From the human T2T-CHM13v2.0 reference genome, Homo sapiens, in assembly GCF_009914755.1 (NCBI RefSeq), contig NC_060948.1: a stretch of DNA of 64,000 bases; one strand, written 5' to 3'. Under the pieces are notes generated by a model. It made no database searches, was not told the origin of the DNA, and was given only the letters and a program-made list of their open reading frames with translations. Positions within the stretch are counted from its first letter, which is position 1. Each line of letters begins with the position of its first letter. Shown piece by piece: positions 59,415 through 64,000 of this stretch. The position numbers were made by a program, and so were the translations under genes.

Positions 59415-61519
59415 AGATCCATATTTTTTAAATGAAAAAAAATTTCAAAGGTACTCTGCTTGGTACAATAATCAAATGTATAAACTGAGGAATAAAACAT
59501 AACCATGAAACCTACTTATAACTGCATATGGAAAATACAGAGGATAATTTTTTAAATAACATATTTTGAAAGCCTTAACTAGTAATTTGAAGAGTTGGCA
59601 TTTGAAAGGCCAGTATGAATATACCTTCAAAGCAGCAACACAGGTTCCCCATGAGAAAAAGCAAACACAGGGAAAATAAAAACACAAAGGTTCAATCACT
59701 TCTGACCTTTGAAAGACACAGCACAGACAGTGGTCCTTAGGACGAAGAGCAGGAGACCCCTAATTCCGTCACCATGGCGATAGGGCATAAACATTGCTGG
59801 GTGAGGGCACAATCCACATTGTGAGGTCCAACTGCTGCCAGGAAGACAGGAGTGCTTTTACATAGACCGAAAGGTCATTGAAGGCTCAGAGTTTTGTTTC
59901 AAGAACTGAATCCCAAGCCCACACGTTATTAGGCTGCGCTTCTTAAAACAAGTTATGAGATGGGAAAAAGGGCACCCACAAACATACGTATACATTATGT
60001 ATATAATAATATACAGTATCATATATATAATATATATAACCTATGTATAATACTGTTTTACATCCTGCATCTTATGTTATATATATTGTATAAAATATAA
60101 TAATTGATAATATATAAGTTTTATAATTATACAATATGACATATAGTATATATTATAATTTATGACATATATAATATATGTTATATGTCATATATAGAAT
60201 ATATTATACGGTTAATATACGTATTAAATATAAATTATACATTATATATATTATATACAATATATCTGTTATATATAATACCCATTATGCATAATATATA
60301 TATTATGTCTATGTTATATATAGTATAAAACAACATATAATAATATATAATTGTATATATAAAATGCGACATATAATATATATTATATTTTATAACATAT
60401 GTAATATATATTATATATTATATATAATACGTTGTATGTATAATACCTATATTAAATATATATTATATGACTATGTTATTAATTACATGTCACATGTGTT
60501 ATATATTATATATTTTACATAGAATATACCGGTTACGTACAATATATACTATGTTACCTATAATGTATAATTTATTACATGTAAAATAAAGAATGCAATA
60601 TATTATGTATAATTTATAATATACCATATGTGGAATGTGATATATATAACATATAATATATGATATATGATATACAGTATATGATATATAACATACAATA
60701 TATGATTCCTAATATATATGGTATACAATATATATTTTATGATATGTATTCTATATGTTTTATATTCTGTTATATATAACTATTTGAAATTATATATAAC
60801 TGTATAATATTTTATGTAAATATGTAATATAATATATATAACTATATAATATATTATATATAACTATATATTATGTTATATATACTTTTATAACATAATT
60901 TACATAAAATATCATAATATAATATATATTATATTATTTCATATTACATAATATATATTACATATCACCCAATATAACTAACATACATAATATTATAATA
61001 TAGATTATATTGTGTTATATTAAATATCATATATATCATGTATCATATATTCTATAATATATATTACACATTATATAATATGTATGTTGTCTATTATGTG
61101 ATATATATAACTATATATATAATTATATTTTTATACATATAACTAGATAAACATGTAATTCTACATATTTTCATTTATAATATGTAGAATTATATAATCA
61201 TATATAATTATTTATATTCTATAAAAAATTTTATCATTATATAAATTATAATATATAAAAATTATAATATGTACTACAAATATATATATTATATATCATA
61301 TATGATATAGTACCTTTGTTATATATCATAATACATATACATGTGTATTATGTTATCTATAATTATATAATTTCATATATAAGATGTATAATATGTATCA
61401 TATATTATATAAGTTATGTAATATATATAGTATATATAAGATGACACAGGATAAATATTATATACTATGACATATAAAATATATGAGGTTATATGTTACA
61501 TATAAGGCATAGCACATAA

Positions 61520-61834
<315 letters not shown>

Positions 61835-63964
61835 AGATCCATATTTTTTAAATGAAAAAAAATTTCAAAGGTACTCTGCTTGGTACAATAATCAAATGTA
61901 TAAACTGAGGAATAAAACATAACCATGAAACCTACTTATAACTGCATATGGAAAATACAGAAGATAATTTTTTAAATAACATATTTTGAAAGCCTTAACT
62001 AGTAATTTGAAGAGTTGGCATTTGAAAGGCCAGTATGAATATACCTTCAAAGCAGCAACACAGGTTCCCCATGAGAAAAAGCAAACACAGGGAAAATTAA
62101 AACACAAAGGTTCAATCTCTTCTGACCTTTGAAAGACACAGCACAGACAGTGGTCCTTTGGAGGAAGAGCACGAGACCCCTAATTCCGTCACCATGGCGA
62201 TAGGGCATAAACATTGCTGGGTGAGGGCACAATCCACATTGTGAGGTCCAACTGCTGCCAGGAAGACAGGAGTGCTTTTACATAGACCGAAAGGTCATTG
62301 AAGGCTCAGAGTTTTGTTTCAAGAACTGAATCCCAAGCCCACACGTTATTAGGCTGCGCTTCTTAAAACAAGTTATGAGATGGGAAAAAGGGCACCCACA
62401 AACATACGTATACATTATGTATATAATAATATACAGTATCATATATATAATATATATAACCTATGTATAATACTGTTTTACATCCTGCATCTTATGTTAT
62501 ATATATTGTATAAAATATAATAATTGATAATATATAAGTTTTATAATTATACAATATGACATATAGTATATATTATAATTTATGACATATATAATATATG
62601 TTATATGTCATATATAGAATATATTATACGGTTAATATACGTATTAAATATAAATTATACATTATATATATTATATACAATATATCTGTTATATATAATA
62701 CCCATTATGCATAATATATATATTATGTCTATGTTATATATAGTATAAAACAACATATAATAATATATAATTGTATATATAAAATGCGACATATAATATA
62801 TATTATATTTTATAACATATGTAATATATATTATATATTATATATAATACGTTGTATGTATAATACCTATATTAAATATATATTATATGACTATGTTATT
62901 AATTACATGTCACATGTGTTATATATTATATATTTTACATAGAATATACCGGTTACGTACAATATATACTATGTTACCTATAATGTATAATTTATTACAT
63001 GTAAAATAAAGAATGCAATATATTATGTATAATTTATAATATACAATATGTGGAATGTGACATATGTAACATATAATATATGATATATGATATACAGTAT
63101 ATGATATATAACATACAATATATGATTCCTAATATATATGGTATACAATATATATTTTATGATATGTATTCTATATGTTTTATATTCTGTTATATATAAC
63201 TATTTGAAATTATATATAACTGTATAATATTTTATGTAAATATGTAATATAATATATATAACTATATAATATATTATATATAACTATATATTATGTTATA
63301 TATACTTTTATAACATAATTTACATAAAATATCATAATATAATATATATTATATTATTTCATATTACATAATATATATTACATATCACCCAATATAACTA
63401 ACATACATAATATTATAATATAGATTATATTATGTTATATTAAATATCATATATATCATGTATCATATATTCTATAATATATATTACACATTATATAATA
63501 TGTATGTTGTCTATTATGTGATATATATAACTCAATATATAATTATATTTTTATACATATAACTAGATAAACATGTAATTCTACATATTTTCATTTATAA
63601 TATGTAGAATTATATAATCATATATAATTATTTATATTCTATAAAAAATTTTATCATTATATAAATTATAATATATAAAAATTATAATATGTACTACAAA
63701 TATATATATATTATATATCATATATGATATAGTACCTTTGTTATATATCATAATACATATAAATGTGTATTATGTTATCTATAATTATATAATTTCATAT
63801 ATAAGATGTATAATATGTATCATATATTATATATGTTATGTAATATATATAGTATATATAAGATGACACAGGATAAATATTATATACTATGACATATAAA
63901 ATATATGAGGTTATATGTTACATATAAGGCATAGCACATAACATGTAATATATATCATATATAA

Positions 63965-64000
63965 TTTTTTTTTAGACAGAATCTTGTCCTGTTGCACAGG
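63965..64000 (-). mobile_element. Diverged Alu, unit 27 (3' end only; cut by the window edge)
   Basis: T9-AGACAGAATCTTGTCCTGTTGCACAGG, as in the other units. Confidence 0.85.

Overview
The whole 64-kb window is one uninterrupted head-to-tail tandem array of a ~2,420-bp composite unit: 26 complete copies plus ~1.1 kb of a 27th, all in the same orientation. Each unit has three parts: ~1.55 kb of extremely AT-rich degenerate (TA)n-type sequence, a ~290-bp diverged antisense Alu (AluY/AluSc-type diagnostics), and ~570 bp of more balanced unique sequence. This architecture, the unit size and a predicted 2,146-bp HaeIII fragment match the human DYZ2 / HSat1B satellite, whose largest arrays lie in Yq12 heterochromatin. 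I find no credible gene; the recurring short ORFs are by-products of the repeat. I do not see a new gene system here. The information worth following up is in the copy-to-copy variants, read by eye: two different 3-unit (~7.26 kb) higher-order repeats, a diverged junction between them, a region of single-unit doublets on an apparent dimer background, off-register shared alleles suggesting gene conversion, and mosaic units near the end that reuse alleles from 45-60 kb upstream.
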